From: an uncultured bacterium
GTDB lineage: Bacteria; Chlamydiota; Chlamydiia; Chlamydiales; SM23-39
Assembly (NCBI GenBank): GCA_964424735.1
Contig: CAYRJU010000005.1
Location: forward strand, 5,009 to 69,008
Reading direction: 5' to 3'
DNA: 64,000 bases
Shown: positions 53,671-63,229 of the stretch, piece after piece
Numbering within the stretch: the first letter of the stretch is position 1
Layout: each line of letters begins with the position of its first letter
Notes under the pieces: model-generated
Told to the model about the DNA's origin: nothing
Seen by the model: the letters and a program-made list of their open reading frames with translations, nothing else
Database searches by the model: none
Made by a program: the position numbers and the translations under genes

Positions 53671-56600
53671 ATGTATGTTCCGCTGAATGTTCACTCCCAG
53701 TATTCCATTCTCGATTCAACGGCTTCTGTCACCGATCTTGCGGATAAGGCCAAAGAATTTGGTTTGCCCGCACTCGCACTCACTGATGAAGGCAATCTTT
53801 ATGGAGCTGTCGATTTTTACAAGGCTTGTAAAGCGGCTGGCATTAAAGCCATTCTCGGTTGTGAAATTTGGATGGCGCCGCAATCTAGACTCGACAAGAA
53901 GCGAACTCCAGGTTTGCCCAATGGACTTCCCATCACCCTCCTTGCAAAAACAAATGTGGGCTATCAAAATCTCTGCAAACTCTCGTCGATCGGATTTTTA
54001 GAAGGGTTTTACTATCAGCCCCGCATCGATAAGGAGGTTTTGAGTCTTTATCGAGAAGGACTCATCTGTCTATCCAGTGATGCGCAAGAGGCCCCCTTTT
54101 ATCGAGATCTCTTCGGAGAAGATTTTTACTTGGAAATCCAAAGGCATCCTCTCATCGATGAAGATATTCAAGAGAGCTGGCTCTTGCAGCGCTACCGCGA
54201 TTTTTCTTCAAGCGAAGAGAAAAAGAATGAGGAGCTCATCGCCCTTTCCAAAAAGCTTAAGGTAGGTCTCGTTGCAACCAACGACATTCACTACATCGAC
54301 AAAGAGGACTGGCGCGCTCATGAAATCTTGCTCAACATTCAATCGGGCGAGGTGTGCGAGATTTGGGAAAGAGATTCGGCCGGCAATCCAAAAAATAAAG
54401 CGCCCAATCCAAGAAGAGAGACTGCGCCGACCCGGGAGCTCTATTTCAAATCGGCTGAGGCCATGAAAGCCCTTTTTGCCGATCTGCCCGAAGCGATCGA
54501 AAACACGGTCAAAATCGCCGAAAAGTGCAAATGTGAACTCGACTTTAAAGCAAAACACTATCCGGTCTTCATTCCCCCTTCTTTAAAAGGAAAAGAGGTC
54601 ACAAAAGAAGAGAGACTGAAAGCGGCTGAGCAGTTCCTCCATGAACTTTGCCAAAAGGGGATCGAAACGCGCTATACTCCAGAAAAACTCGCCAAAGTGC
54701 CGGGCGCAAATCCACTGGAAATCGTCAAAAAGCGGTTTCAATATGAATTTGAGATCCTCACGTCAAAAGGCATGAGCGATTACATGCTCATTGTCTATGA
54801 CTTCATCGCATGGGCCAAAGCGCACAATATCCCAATGGGACCCGGTAGAGGCTCTGCTGCAGGTTCCATCATTTCCTATCTCATTGGCATCACCGATATT
54901 GAACCGTTGCGGTTCCATCTCTTCTTTGAGAGATTCATCAACCCAGAAAGGATTTCCTATCCAGATATCGACGTCGATATCTGCATGGACCGGCGTCAAG
55001 AAGTGATCGATTATGTCGTTGCCAAATATGGAAAGACCCATGTCGCGCAAATCATCACCTTTGGGACCATGAAGGCCAAAATGGCGATCCGCGATGTGGG
55101 CAGAGTCCTCAATGTTCCCCTTTCTAAAGTGAATGAGATCGCAGCACTCGTTCCTGAAGATCCGACGATGACCCTCGAAAAGGCTTTTCAGATCGATCCG
55201 GCGTTGGGTCGTCTCATGGAAAGCGATGAGGAGGCAAGAGCCGTTTTAGAAATGGCAAAGAAAGCCGAAGGATCGATCCGAAACACGAGCACGCACGCTG
55301 CAGGGCTGATCATTTCTGCGAGTCCCATCACCGATCACATCCCCGTCTGCACGGCTAAAGATTCAGAGATGTGGGTGACGCAATTTGCGATGAAGCCAGT
55401 TGAGAGTGTGGGCATGCTCAAAATCGACTTTTTGGGGCTCAAAACCCTCACTTCGATTCAAAAATGCTCTAGCGCCATCGAAAGGAATACAGGACGTAAA
55501 ATCGACTGGGGGAATTTGCCCCTCGATGATCAGCCGTCCTTTGATTTACTCAATCAGGGCAAAACGCTTGGCGTCTTCCAACTCGAGTCGGGCGGGATGC
55601 AGGATCTGGCCCAGCAGCTCCATATCGATACCTTTGAAGAGATCATCGCGGTAGGCGCTCTCTATCGACCGGGCCCCATGGATATGATCCCCTCTTTCAT
55701 CAACCGCAAACACGGTAGGGAACCGATCGAGATCGACCATCCGCTCATGCAGAACATCCTCTCTGAAACTTACGGTGTCATGGTGTATCAAGAGCAGGTG
55801 ATGCAGATCGCGAGTGCACTTGCTGGCTACTCTCTCGGCGAGGGCGATGTGCTGAGACGTGCGATGGGGAAAAAAGATCGAGAAGAGATGACCCGTCAAA
55901 GAGAAAAATTTGTGACGGGATGTGCGAAAAAGGGAATCGATCACGATACAGCCGTCAAAATCTTTGATAAGATCGAAAAATTTGCCTCCTATGGCTTCAA
56001 CAAGTCACACGCTGCAGCTTACGCCTATCTCTCCTATGCAACGGCCTATTTCAAAGCGAATTACCCAAAGGAGTGGATGGCAGCTCTCATGACGTGCGAT
56101 CAACACGACACGACAAAACTGGCCAAATTCATCGCAGAGGCCAAAACCCTCCATATCGATGTTCTTCCTCCCGATATCAATCAGGCGACGAGCGAATTTA
56201 CCGCTTCGCAAGATGGGATTCGCTTTGCCATGGCGGGAATCAAGGGAGTTGGGGGAGGGGTAGTCGAAGCGATTCTCGAAGAAAGAGATGCGCGCGGTCC
56301 TTTTTCCAGCCTCTATGATTTCATTCAAAGAGTCGATAAGACCAAAGTTGGAAAAAAACAGATCGAGCTCTTGATCGAAGCGGGCTCGTTTGATTTTACC
56401 TCTTGGTCGCGCGATGCCATGCGCGAAAGCGTCGAGGCGATGTACGATAGAGCCTCTCGCGATCAAAAAGAGGTCTCTCTTGGGATTCTCAATCTCTTTT
56501 CGCTCATCGAAGAGCCCGAAAAACCGTTTGCCAAGCCGCCGCCCGTCTCCAATAAGTCCTCCAACTTACAACTCTTTCAAAGGGAAAAAGAGCTTCTCGG

Positions 56601-57327
56601 TTTTTATCTGACGGGCCATCCCATGGATGGGTACAAAAAAGTGTTGGGACGCCTCTCATGTGCACCGCTCACAGAAATCCACAAAATGTCCGACGCGAGC
56701 CTTTTGCGCGCAGCTTTTGTCGTCGAGACTCTCCAAGTGAAAGTTTCCACAAAGAATCAGAAAAAATTTGCGATTCTCGTGATTTCAGATGGAATGGAGC
56801 GCTTTGAGCTCCCCATTTGGTCCGAGATGTACGAAGAGAAGGGAGCGCTTCTTCGAGAAAACCAGCTTCTCTACGGCATTTTGCAGCTCGAGAGAAAAGA
56901 GGGGACTATCCAGCTCTCCTGTCGCTATCTCGACGATCTCACAGCAGTGGATGAGGCGAAGATCAAAGCCTGCGATGAGGCCTACGATCGGCTCAAAGCT
57001 TTCTCAAAAACGGAGCCTAAATGGAAGACAAATGGAAAAGAAAAGGGGGCCAAAATAGATCCCAAAATAGGTAAGGAAGAGATCAAAAAAATCCATTTTC
57101 AAATCGATGCAGACCGCATTCGACTCAGTGAACTCCTCGCCCTCAAAGAGCTCTTCCGGTCCCATCCGGGTAAATCGACTCTCGACCTCCATTTCCACAC
57201 TCAGCAAAAGCGGGTTGGAAGCATCTTTGTCGACTCGCAGTGGGGCGTGAAGGTGAGTCCAGAGTTTCAAGAACAGCTGCGCATCTTAACAGAGAAACTC
57301 GGGGCCAAGTTCGAGATCAAGTCGTAG
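53671..57327 (+). CDS. dnaE: DNA polymerase III alpha subunit
   Basis: PHP domain start NVHSQYSILDS and a full-length DnaE pattern. The first ATG is at 53671; the track start at 53653 is TTG. Confidence 0.95.
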   Translation: MYVPLNVHSQYSILDSTASVTDLADKAKEFGLPALALTDEGNLYGAVDFYKACKAAGIKAILGCEIWMAPQSRLDKKRTPGLPNGLPITLLAKTNVGYQNLCKLSSIGFLEGFYYQPRIDKEVLSLYREGLICLSSDAQEAPFYRDLFGEDFYLEIQRHPLIDEDIQESWLLQRYRDFSSSEEKKNEELIALSKKLKVGLVATNDIHYIDKEDWRAHEILLNIQSGEVCEIWERDSAGNPKNKAPNPRRETAPTRELYFKSAEAMKALFADLPEAIENTVKIAEKCKCELDFKAKHYPVFIPPSLKGKEVTKEERLKAAEQFLHELCQKGIETRYTPEKLAKVPGANPLEIVKKRFQYEFEILTSKGMSDYMLIVYDFIAWAKAHNIPMGPGRGSAAGSIISYLIGITDIEPLRFHLFFERFINPERISYPDIDVDICMDRRQEVIDYVVAKYGKTHVAQIITFGTMKAKMAIRDVGRVLNVPLSKVNEIAALVPEDPTMTLEKAFQIDPALGRLMESDEEARAVLEMAKKAEGSIRNTSTHAAGLIISASPITDHIPVCTAKDSEMWVTQFAMKPVESVGMLKIDFLGLKTLTSIQKCSSAIERNTGRKIDWGNLPLDDQPSFDLLNQGKTLGVFQLESGGMQDLAQQLHIDTFEEIIAVGALYRPGPMDMIPSFINRKHGREPIEIDHPLMQNILSETYGVMVYQEQVMQIASALAGYSLGEGDVLRRAMGKKDREEMTRQREKFVTGCAKKGIDHDTAVKIFDKIEKFASYGFNKSHAAAYAYLSYATAYFKANYPKEWMAALMTCDQHDTTKLAKFIAEAKTLHIDVLPPDINQATSEFTASQDGIRFAMAGIKGVGGGVVEAILEERDARGPFSSLYDFIQRVDKTKVGKKQIELLIEAGSFDFTSWSRDAMRESVEAMYDRASRDQKEVSLGILNLFSLIEEPEKPFAKPPPVSNKSSNLQLFQREKELLGFYLTGHPMDGYKKVLGRLSCAPLTEIHKMSDASLLRAAFVVETLQVKVSTKNQKKFAILVISDGMERFELPIWSEMYEEKGALLRENQLLYGILQLERKEGTIQLSCRYLDDLTAVDEAKIKACDEAYDRLKAFSKTEPKWKTNGKEKGAKIDPKIGKEEIKKIHFQIDADRIRLSELLALKELFRSHPGKSTLDLHFHTQQKRVGSIFVDSQWGVKVSPEFQEQLRILTEKLGAKFEIKS

Positions 57328-58174
57328 TCTGCTTTTCGTCGTCGCCTTGGAGTGCTTTGCGGGCTTGTTTTTGAACGCTTCGTAAAGTTCCTCGGCAAAG
57401 CTCTTCATGGCGAGGGAGTACGACTTGAGCTAGAATCTGATGGCTTCCCTTCATTCTGAGAATTTCAAAGCCATATTCTGCTAATTTTCGCAGTACTTTG
57501 CGCAAATTTGTGTCGTCCAAAGTCAAAGGTTCTAAAGAGGGTTTGTTTTTTGGTTTTGGTTGGGGCTTAGGCGCGGGAGGCGCCTTTTTCGTCTCGACTA
57601 CGGCAGCTGGTTCAGGCGTAGGTTCTGGAGGCTGTCTTCGCTTGATTTCCTCTTCGACCCCTTCCAATTGGATGAAATTGGCTAGTTCCAGAGGAATGTC
57701 TTGCTTTTTGTCGTTTTGTCCAAGAAGCGATTCTGCGTCCCCCAAAATGAGGGCCAATCGGCATAGAGGAAGACACTCTTCAAAGCAGATCTGTCGAAGC
57801 TCCTCAATATTCTGATCTGGAGAAGGAGGAAACTCTTCCCACACCTTTTTCAGTACATGAGAAAGCTTGCGCAAAATAGCAGGGAAATGCCCGATACCTT
57901 CTCTATAGGATTCGAGCTCTTCAATGGAAAATAAAGGTTTGGGAAGAACGGATCTTTTTCTGTCTTGGTCAATGGATTGATTGGTGTCATGAGAAGCTTG
58001 TCGATACTTAGATAGCAAGGGAGAAAAAATGGGGTCCAGATGTGTTTTCAAAACGTTTCGAAAAGGCTTTGCGTCCTGAATTTGAGGGTCTTTTTCAAGC
58101 TGCATCAAATTTAAGGTTAAACGATAGGCAAAACGGTGTCTAGGAATGTATTGATCGGGGATAAAGAGGAACAA
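57317..58174 (-). CDS. Hypothetical protein with a C-terminal HicA-like domain
   Basis: The C-terminal ~50 aa LRKVLRKLAEYGFEILRMKGSHQILAQVVLPRHEELCRGTLRSVQKQA (about 57356-57505) matches the HicA pattern (G-S-H, P-x-H, GTLRS). It follows a Pro/Lys-rich linker. The start is uncertain: TTG 58174 or ATG 58105. Confidence 0.6.
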   Translation of the reverse strand: MFLFIPDQYIPRHRFAYRLTLNLMQLEKDPQIQDAKPFRNVLKTHLDPIFSPLLSKYRQASHDTNQSIDQDRKRSVLPKPLFSIEELESYREGIGHFPAILRKLSHVLKKVWEEFPPSPDQNIEELRQICFEECLPLCRLALILGDAESLLGQNDKKQDIPLELANFIQLEGVEEEIKRRQPPEPTPEPAAVVETKKAPPAPKPQPKPKNKPSLEPLTLDDTNLRKVLRKLAEYGFEILRMKGSHQILAQVVLPRHEELCRGTLRSVQKQARKALQGDDEKQTTT

Positions 58175-59285
58175 GAACTCGATCTTCCAGGAGCGTATTC
58201 AAATCCTCTCCGAAGAGTTTCGCTAAAGAGAAAATGAGACAGTCTTTATGGCGGCGCTCACAAAACTCCTCCTGTGAAGGGCTGCTCATTGACGGAGTTT
58301 CATGTTTTTCCAACCATTGCTCATGATTGAGCGTACCTTGCAGGGCTTGCTCGAATTCCCATTCAAATTCTTTCCCCTTTTTATTTATGAAATACTGCGC
58401 AGAGGCAATTTTTCTGGGCATTTCAAGAAGAGCGGGATCTTTTTCTTTTAGGCTGAGGAGCTCTTGAGCAATCAATTGCAAACCCTGAAATCCCACCCCC
58501 ATATATTTTCTTTCATGAGCTCTTGTAAAAAGAGAAGTGACGTATTTGATGTATTGCTTATACTGACCCAACGTCTCTTTCATTGGGGAAGGAAAAGTGG
58601 CCACACAGCTATAGTATCGCAATTGGTGATCGACTAATAAAGTGGAAGCGTATGGAGAATTGAAGCAATGGAAGAATAAATCTTGAATGGCCATCAGGTC
58701 TTCTTTTTGTCGATCTAAAGACTCGGTCATTTGTTTTATGGTTTGTGGTTTAAATCCCGATCTCTCGATACTGAACTGTTTTTTAACGAATACGGCTTGA
58801 ATCCAATCCCTCATTTCTCGAAGTTCTTTGAATAGGGTTTCTTTTGTCTTATAGAGTTCGTTTTCGTGCTCTAACCTAAGCGGAATGTCTCGAGTGTGTC
58901 GAAACAAATTCAAATAAATGAGGAATAAGGTAGCTGGATATTTGGAGTGAAGAGGGTTTTCCCTATCATTATTACAGAGCGTTTCAAACTGCGTACAGAT
59001 CTCTACTCCTATTAAATCTAAGAGAGTGAGGGAGGATCCCAACTTCTCCCATTTCTTGGTGAGCTGTTGTAGCACTTTTTCTTGTTGTGGACTTAAGTGA
59101 AAATCGCGGGGTAAAATTTGTGCTTTATAAAACCGTGTAAGGAGGGGATCGGTCTGTTTGGCTTTAGGAAAATCAAACATTTTTGTTGGGGGCTTTAGCT
59201 GCCCGACCTCTTGCGTATGCCTGCGGCAGTCTGGGGAAGCCGGAATAGAGCTGGTTAAGCGATCTGATAGGGATGGAGTTGTCAT
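58140..59285 (-). CDS. Hypothetical protein (381 aa)
   Basis: ATG start with a Ser/Thr/Pro-rich N-terminus. Lies upstream of, and overlaps, the HicA-domain gene. Confidence 0.5.
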   Translation of the reverse strand: MTTPSLSDRLTSSIPASPDCRRHTQEVGQLKPPTKMFDFPKAKQTDPLLTRFYKAQILPRDFHLSPQQEKVLQQLTKKWEKLGSSLTLLDLIGVEICTQFETLCNNDRENPLHSKYPATLFLIYLNLFRHTRDIPLRLEHENELYKTKETLFKELREMRDWIQAVFVKKQFSIERSGFKPQTIKQMTESLDRQKEDLMAIQDLFFHCFNSPYASTLLVDHQLRYYSCVATFPSPMKETLGQYKQYIKYVTSLFTRAHERKYMGVGFQGLQLIAQELLSLKEKDPALLEMPRKIASAQYFINKKGKEFEWEFEQALQGTLNHEQWLEKHETPSMSSPSQEEFCERRHKDCLIFSLAKLFGEDLNTLLEDRVLVPLYPRSIHS

Positions 59286-59355
59286 AAAAATGGGTTTTTT
59301 TATATTTTTCTGGGTGATATTTTATCTTTTTTGAAACTATTTTTCCAGAATATTG

Positions 59356-60216
59356 ATGTTCCATTCCCAAGAAACTTCTGAGTTCCGAAAGGAAAGCGTT
59401 CCTCCCTTTAACGAGATGATGATCAGCTGGAATGGGCCAAGGCCTTTGAAGGGGAAATTGGAGGTCTACGCAAGAGTCTTCCTAGACGATTGGACCCCCT
59501 GGCTCCTCTACAGCTCTTGGGAGGCAAATGCCCAATCGAGTTTCCATACTCAAGAGGGCTTTTCCCGTGTCTATCAGGACGCCTTTGAAGTGCTGGAGGG
59601 CAAAAAGGCCACGGGATTCCACATCCGACTCAACCTTCCCATGAGGCTCCATGTCTATACGAATGGTTCCGTGCAATCTTCAGAAAATCTGTCTTTTTCT
59701 CCCCTTTACTTAAAATTAGAGGGCCTTTCTCAAATGACCCTCGATCATCCGCGTCATCGTAGTTTGTGCTCACCTACCTCGGTGGCGGCTGTCTTGCGCT
59801 ATCTGTTGAAAAAACCCATCCATCCCCTCCAGATTGCCGAACGGGTTTGGGATCGGGGTTTTGACATCTACGGCAATTGGGTATTCAACGTTGCGGAAGG
59901 CGTCTCCTGCTTAGGCCCTTCTTGGAATGGCTGGGTGGAAAAACTGTCTGGATTTTCCGATCTCTATCGAAAACTCACCTCGGGTATTCCCGTCATTGTG
60001 AGCGTACGAGGTCCTCTTCCCGGTAGCAGAGAACCCTACGCTCAAGGACACCTTCTCGTAGTGACCGGCTTTGATCCTGAAAAAAAGGAGGTCTGTTGCA
60101 TGGACCCGGCCTTCCCTTCCGATGAAGCGACCCATGTGCGCTATCTATTAGACCCTTTTCTTGCGGCCTGGGCGCGGCGGGGCAACGTGGCCTACCTCTT
60201 TGAAAAAACGTCCTGA
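59356..60216 (+). CDS. Papain-fold cysteine peptidase, C39-like
   Basis: Candidate catalytic residues in order: SLCSPTSVAAVLRYL (Cys), AQGHLLVVTGFD (His), CCMDPA (Asp). This module follows a ~120-aa N-terminal domain. Confidence 0.55.
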   Translation: MFHSQETSEFRKESVPPFNEMMISWNGPRPLKGKLEVYARVFLDDWTPWLLYSSWEANAQSSFHTQEGFSRVYQDAFEVLEGKKATGFHIRLNLPMRLHVYTNGSVQSSENLSFSPLYLKLEGLSQMTLDHPRHRSLCSPTSVAAVLRYLLKKPIHPLQIAERVWDRGFDIYGNWVFNVAEGVSCLGPSWNGWVEKLSGFSDLYRKLTSGIPVIVSVRGPLPGSREPYAQGHLLVVTGFDPEKKEVCCMDPAFPSDEATHVRYLLDPFLAAWARRGNVAYLFEKTS

Positions 60217-60230
60217 GATTTCTCAGGACG
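60209..60230. terminator. Bidirectional hairpin between convergent genes
   Basis: Perfect palindrome CGTCCTGAGA-TT-TCTCAGGACG spanning the stop codon of the peptidase gene. Confidence 0.45.
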
Positions 60231-60236
60231 CCCACC

Positions 60237-61067
60237 CTAAAAACTGTGAACGGATACAGGCGCTAACAGTTTCTCAAATACCCTATGAACTGCTTTTTTA
60301 ACCCAAGATACTCCCCAAAGTCCCCCAAAGAACGAAGTTGAGGCTGGCGATTGAGTTTTCTCCTTCAAAGAAAATTGACACTCGGCGTTGGTTTCTGCAT
60401 TTGAGTCGATGGTGTAGACGGCCCGGGCAGAGAGCTGAAGGGGTTTTCGTAAAGAGAAAGCTTCCATTTTCCCGCTGGGCAAACACTGATCAAAAACCGT
60501 TTGTGTGGTAGCCACAACCTGTACAGGCGCATTTTGAGAAATGATCAGTTCGCATCGTCGCTTTTCAGGCTGAGTGCCCATAAAGTTTTTTTGATATCGC
60601 CGTTTTGTGTGTTCACCGACCTCGTGCATAATCCTAGTGAGAGGCTGCTGAGAAAAACGAAAGAGAATTTCGGGTGCGAGGTGCGCTCGTTCGGGACCGA
60701 GTTGTTGATCCAGAAAGTTTTGAAAATCAAGCTTTATTTTTGTTTTGAGGCGTGCGGTAGCAGTATCAATTTCATTTTGCAAAACTTCATAGAGGCGTGT
60801 GTTCCCTTCGCTTTCGGGGCTTTTTAGAATTTGTTGTTGGGTCTCTTCTAAATCTGCAATTTCTCTATAAAATTTTTCAAATCTTGTAAAAACAGATTTT
60901 CCTCCATACACTAAAGTCTTTTCCATACCCTGACAATCTTTGAAAAAGGCCCTGTAATCGCCCGCATCTCGAGCGCTTCCTGGATCAAAAGACTTCTTTA
61001 CGAAAGAATGAACGGGTGGAGAAAATCTTCGCAAGGCGCATTGCGCCTCTAATGTTGAAATAGACAT
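60237..61067 (-). CDS. Hypothetical protein (276 aa)
   Basis: ATG 61065-61067 is preceded by AGGTGA. No recognisable domain. Confidence 0.5.
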   Translation of the reverse strand: MSISTLEAQCALRRFSPPVHSFVKKSFDPGSARDAGDYRAFFKDCQGMEKTLVYGGKSVFTRFEKFYREIADLEETQQQILKSPESEGNTRLYEVLQNEIDTATARLKTKIKLDFQNFLDQQLGPERAHLAPEILFRFSQQPLTRIMHEVGEHTKRRYQKNFMGTQPEKRRCELIISQNAPVQVVATTQTVFDQCLPSGKMEAFSLRKPLQLSARAVYTIDSNAETNAECQFSLKEKTQSPASTSFFGGLWGVSWVKKAVHRVFEKLLAPVSVHSF

Positions 61068-61215
61068 TATAATCACCTGTTATTTATTAACCCTATTTGG
61101 AAAATTATACGGTAATTTATGTTAGTTATCAATGCTAAGGATTGATTGGTATTAACGAAAGATTTTGCTTCTGCAGATTGACACCAATCGAGTGAATATT
61201 CTATTCTACTTTGTT

Positions 61216-62139
61216 ATGAAAAAGTTTGCTTTTGCTCTTCTCGCCTCCTTTTCGCTTTTTGCTCTCGAAGAAGATGAACTCATCTGGAAAGAGGGCCCCT
61301 CTGTTCAAGAATACAATAGTGCTTTACAGCAAGCGCTCAATGCAGGGGATTGGTGGGCGGTGATCGATTATGCAAATATTATTTCATACAACTTCCCAAC
61401 CTCGCCTTTTGCGCAGGAAATTTCCTATATCATCGGCGAGGCCTACTACAAGCTCAATCAGCTGGAATATGCCAATGAAGCTTTTACTGCCTATTTGAAT
61501 CACGCAGTGGCGCCCAAGCATTTTGAGGAGGCCATTGAGTATAAATTCAACATTGCCCAGCGCTTTGCCTCAGGAGAGAAAAAGCACCTCTTCAATTCTG
61601 GCAAAATGCCCGCCTGGGTTCCCGCACGGGAAGATTCACTCACAATTTTCGACGAAGTGATTGCAGCACAGCCCCATTCAGAACTCGCCGTCAAAGCGCT
61701 CTTATTGAAGGCGCAAACGCAAGCCTATTTGGAAGATTTTAAGCCGAGTCTTGAGACTCTAGATCTCTTGATTCGCCGCTTTCCCAAACATGAGCTAGCT
61801 GTAGAGGCCTATCTCGAAAAAGAAAAGGTATTTTTGCTCCAGTGTCAGGCAAAAAACCTCGATCCCGATGTGCTCGACATGGCAGAGGTCAATTTGCGGA
61901 AATTCCGTCTCGCTTTCCCTCGAGAAGTGCGGCTTAGAGAAGGGGAAAAGCTCTATGCTCAAATGCAGGAGATCTTTGCCCAAAATCTCTATGAAACGGG
62001 CTATTTCTTTGAAAAGACCAAAAAGACGCCCGCCTCCATCATCTATTACAACAAGGTGATTGCCAAATATCCGAAGACCGAAGCTGCAGCGGCTGCCCTT
62101 GAAAAGCTTAAAAGTATTCAGCCTGATCCTACTCGCTAG
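61216..62139 (+). CDS. bamD: TPR-repeat outer-membrane assembly factor BamD/YfiO-like
   Basis: Signal peptide MKKFAFALLASFSLFA, TPR-like repeats, and a position upstream of the lptE-like gene. Confidence 0.6.
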   Translation: MKKFAFALLASFSLFALEEDELIWKEGPSVQEYNSALQQALNAGDWWAVIDYANIISYNFPTSPFAQEISYIIGEAYYKLNQLEYANEAFTAYLNHAVAPKHFEEAIEYKFNIAQRFASGEKKHLFNSGKMPAWVPAREDSLTIFDEVIAAQPHSELAVKALLLKAQTQAYLEDFKPSLETLDLLIRRFPKHELAVEAYLEKEKVFLLQCQAKNLDPDVLDMAEVNLRKFRLAFPREVRLREGEKLYAQMQEIFAQNLYETGYFFEKTKKTPASIIYYNKVIAKYPKTEAAAAALEKLKSIQPDPTR

Positions 62140-62680
62140 TTGCGGCTATCGCTGGCAACCCGATTTTCCAGATGTTGGACGTCCTACCGTTTCTATCCCC
62201 TTTGTAGTTGGAGATGAGGAGGGGATGTTGACGGCAGAAATCATTCGGGCCGTTAGCTCTTCGGGGCTTGCCGATGTTCGCTCTCAGGGGGGAGATTATA
62301 CCTTACAGATATCCATCGTTGGAGAGGAGACAGAAAAAGTGGGGTTTCGCATCGATCCACAAAAAGTGGATGGGAAAGTGAGAAAGAATCTCTTGGCAAC
62401 TGAAGGAAGGCGCATCTTAACCCTGGAAGCGTCTCTTTGTCTAAATGGCGAAATCATCCATGGACCTTACCGCATTTCTGCAGACGCCGATTACGATTAT
62501 GTGGATGGAGATTCGATCCAGGATTTGACTTTTCTAAATCCAGAGGGACAAATGGTTACGGTCCTTCCCTTTTCTTTGGGGCAATTGGAGCCCGCGGAGT
62601 CGGCCATGCAGGCTTCTTCTAAGCCCCTTTATAGAAGACTTGCACAAAAAGTGGTCGATGCGATTTCCTCAGAATGGTGA
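62099..62680 (+). CDS. lptE: LptE-like LPS-assembly lipoprotein
   Basis: A TTG start gives MKSLKVFSLILLASCGYRW, a lipobox followed by the LptE-like CG[YF]x motif. An alternative ATG is at 62060. Confidence 0.5.
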   Translation: MKSLKVFSLILLASCGYRWQPDFPDVGRPTVSIPFVVGDEEGMLTAEIIRAVSSSGLADVRSQGGDYTLQISIVGEETEKVGFRIDPQKVDGKVRKNLLATEGRRILTLEASLCLNGEIIHGPYRISADADYDYVDGDSIQDLTFLNPEGQMVTVLPFSLGQLEPAESAMQASSKPLYRRLAQKVVDAISSEW

Positions 62681-63108
62681 GAATGGAATTTATAGCCAGC
62701 ATCGATCGGCTTCACGAGATCTTGGATTGGATTCGAAAAGAGCTCGAACCCATGCAGTTTGAGTCATCCACTCTCCATCGGGTGACGCTTGCCTCAGAAG
62801 AGGCCCTTGTCAACATCATTCATCATGCCTACCAAGGGCGTCCTGAGAAGGTGGAAATAGAGGTTCGTTGTTTAAAAACCCACGCAGAAATCACTTTTGA
62901 AGATGGAGGTCCTCCTTTCAACCCTTTGAAGGCCAAAGCTGTGGATTCCACTTTGCCCATAGAAGAAAGAGAGGCAGGAGGTCTCGGCATTCACTTCATT
63001 CGTCAATGCATCGACGAAGTGCGCTATATGCGCCAAAAGGAAAAAAACATCCTGATCTTTGTTATACCATCTATCAAAAATAACCTCGACTGGGAACAGC
63101 CATCATAG
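62674..63108 (+). CDS. rsbW: Anti-sigma-factor serine kinase RsbW-like (HATPase_c)
   Basis: EEALVNIIHHAY (N-box) and GGLGIHFIRQ (G-box); 144 aa. Confidence 0.8.
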   Translation: MVRMEFIASIDRLHEILDWIRKELEPMQFESSTLHRVTLASEEALVNIIHHAYQGRPEKVEIEVRCLKTHAEITFEDGGPPFNPLKAKAVDSTLPIEEREAGGLGIHFIRQCIDEVRYMRQKEKNILIFVIPSIKNNLDWEQPS

Positions 63109-63122
63109 CAGCTCAGCTTTTA

Positions 63123-63172
63123 ACAAACGCTCGTCGCCCATATTGATGCAATATGGACCTCCTCGCGTTTGT
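63123..63172. repeat. Nested palindrome (copy 2 of the CCATATTG-N3-CAATATGG core family)
   Basis: ACAAACGC...GCGTTTGT encloses CCCATATTG-ATG-CAATATGG. About 28 of 33 nt are identical to the reverse complement of 6103-6135. Confidence 0.75.
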
Positions 63173-63192
63173 CAAAATCTAAACCACTCTGA

Positions 63193-63215
63193 GACTGTTC
63201 GCAGTCAAGCTTTTT
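63193..63215 (+). terminator. Intrinsic terminator candidate after rsbW
   Basis: GACTG-TTCG-CAGTC followed by AAGCTTTTTT. Confidence 0.4.
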
Positions 63216-63229
63216 TCTGATAAATGGTA

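Noticed and set aside
57317-59285. A classical hicAB toxin-antitoxin pair.
   Set aside because: The HicA-like module is a C-terminal domain of a larger protein. No HicB-like (RNase H-fold plus HTH/RHH) gene lies downstream or upstream. I report it as an atypical fusion instead.
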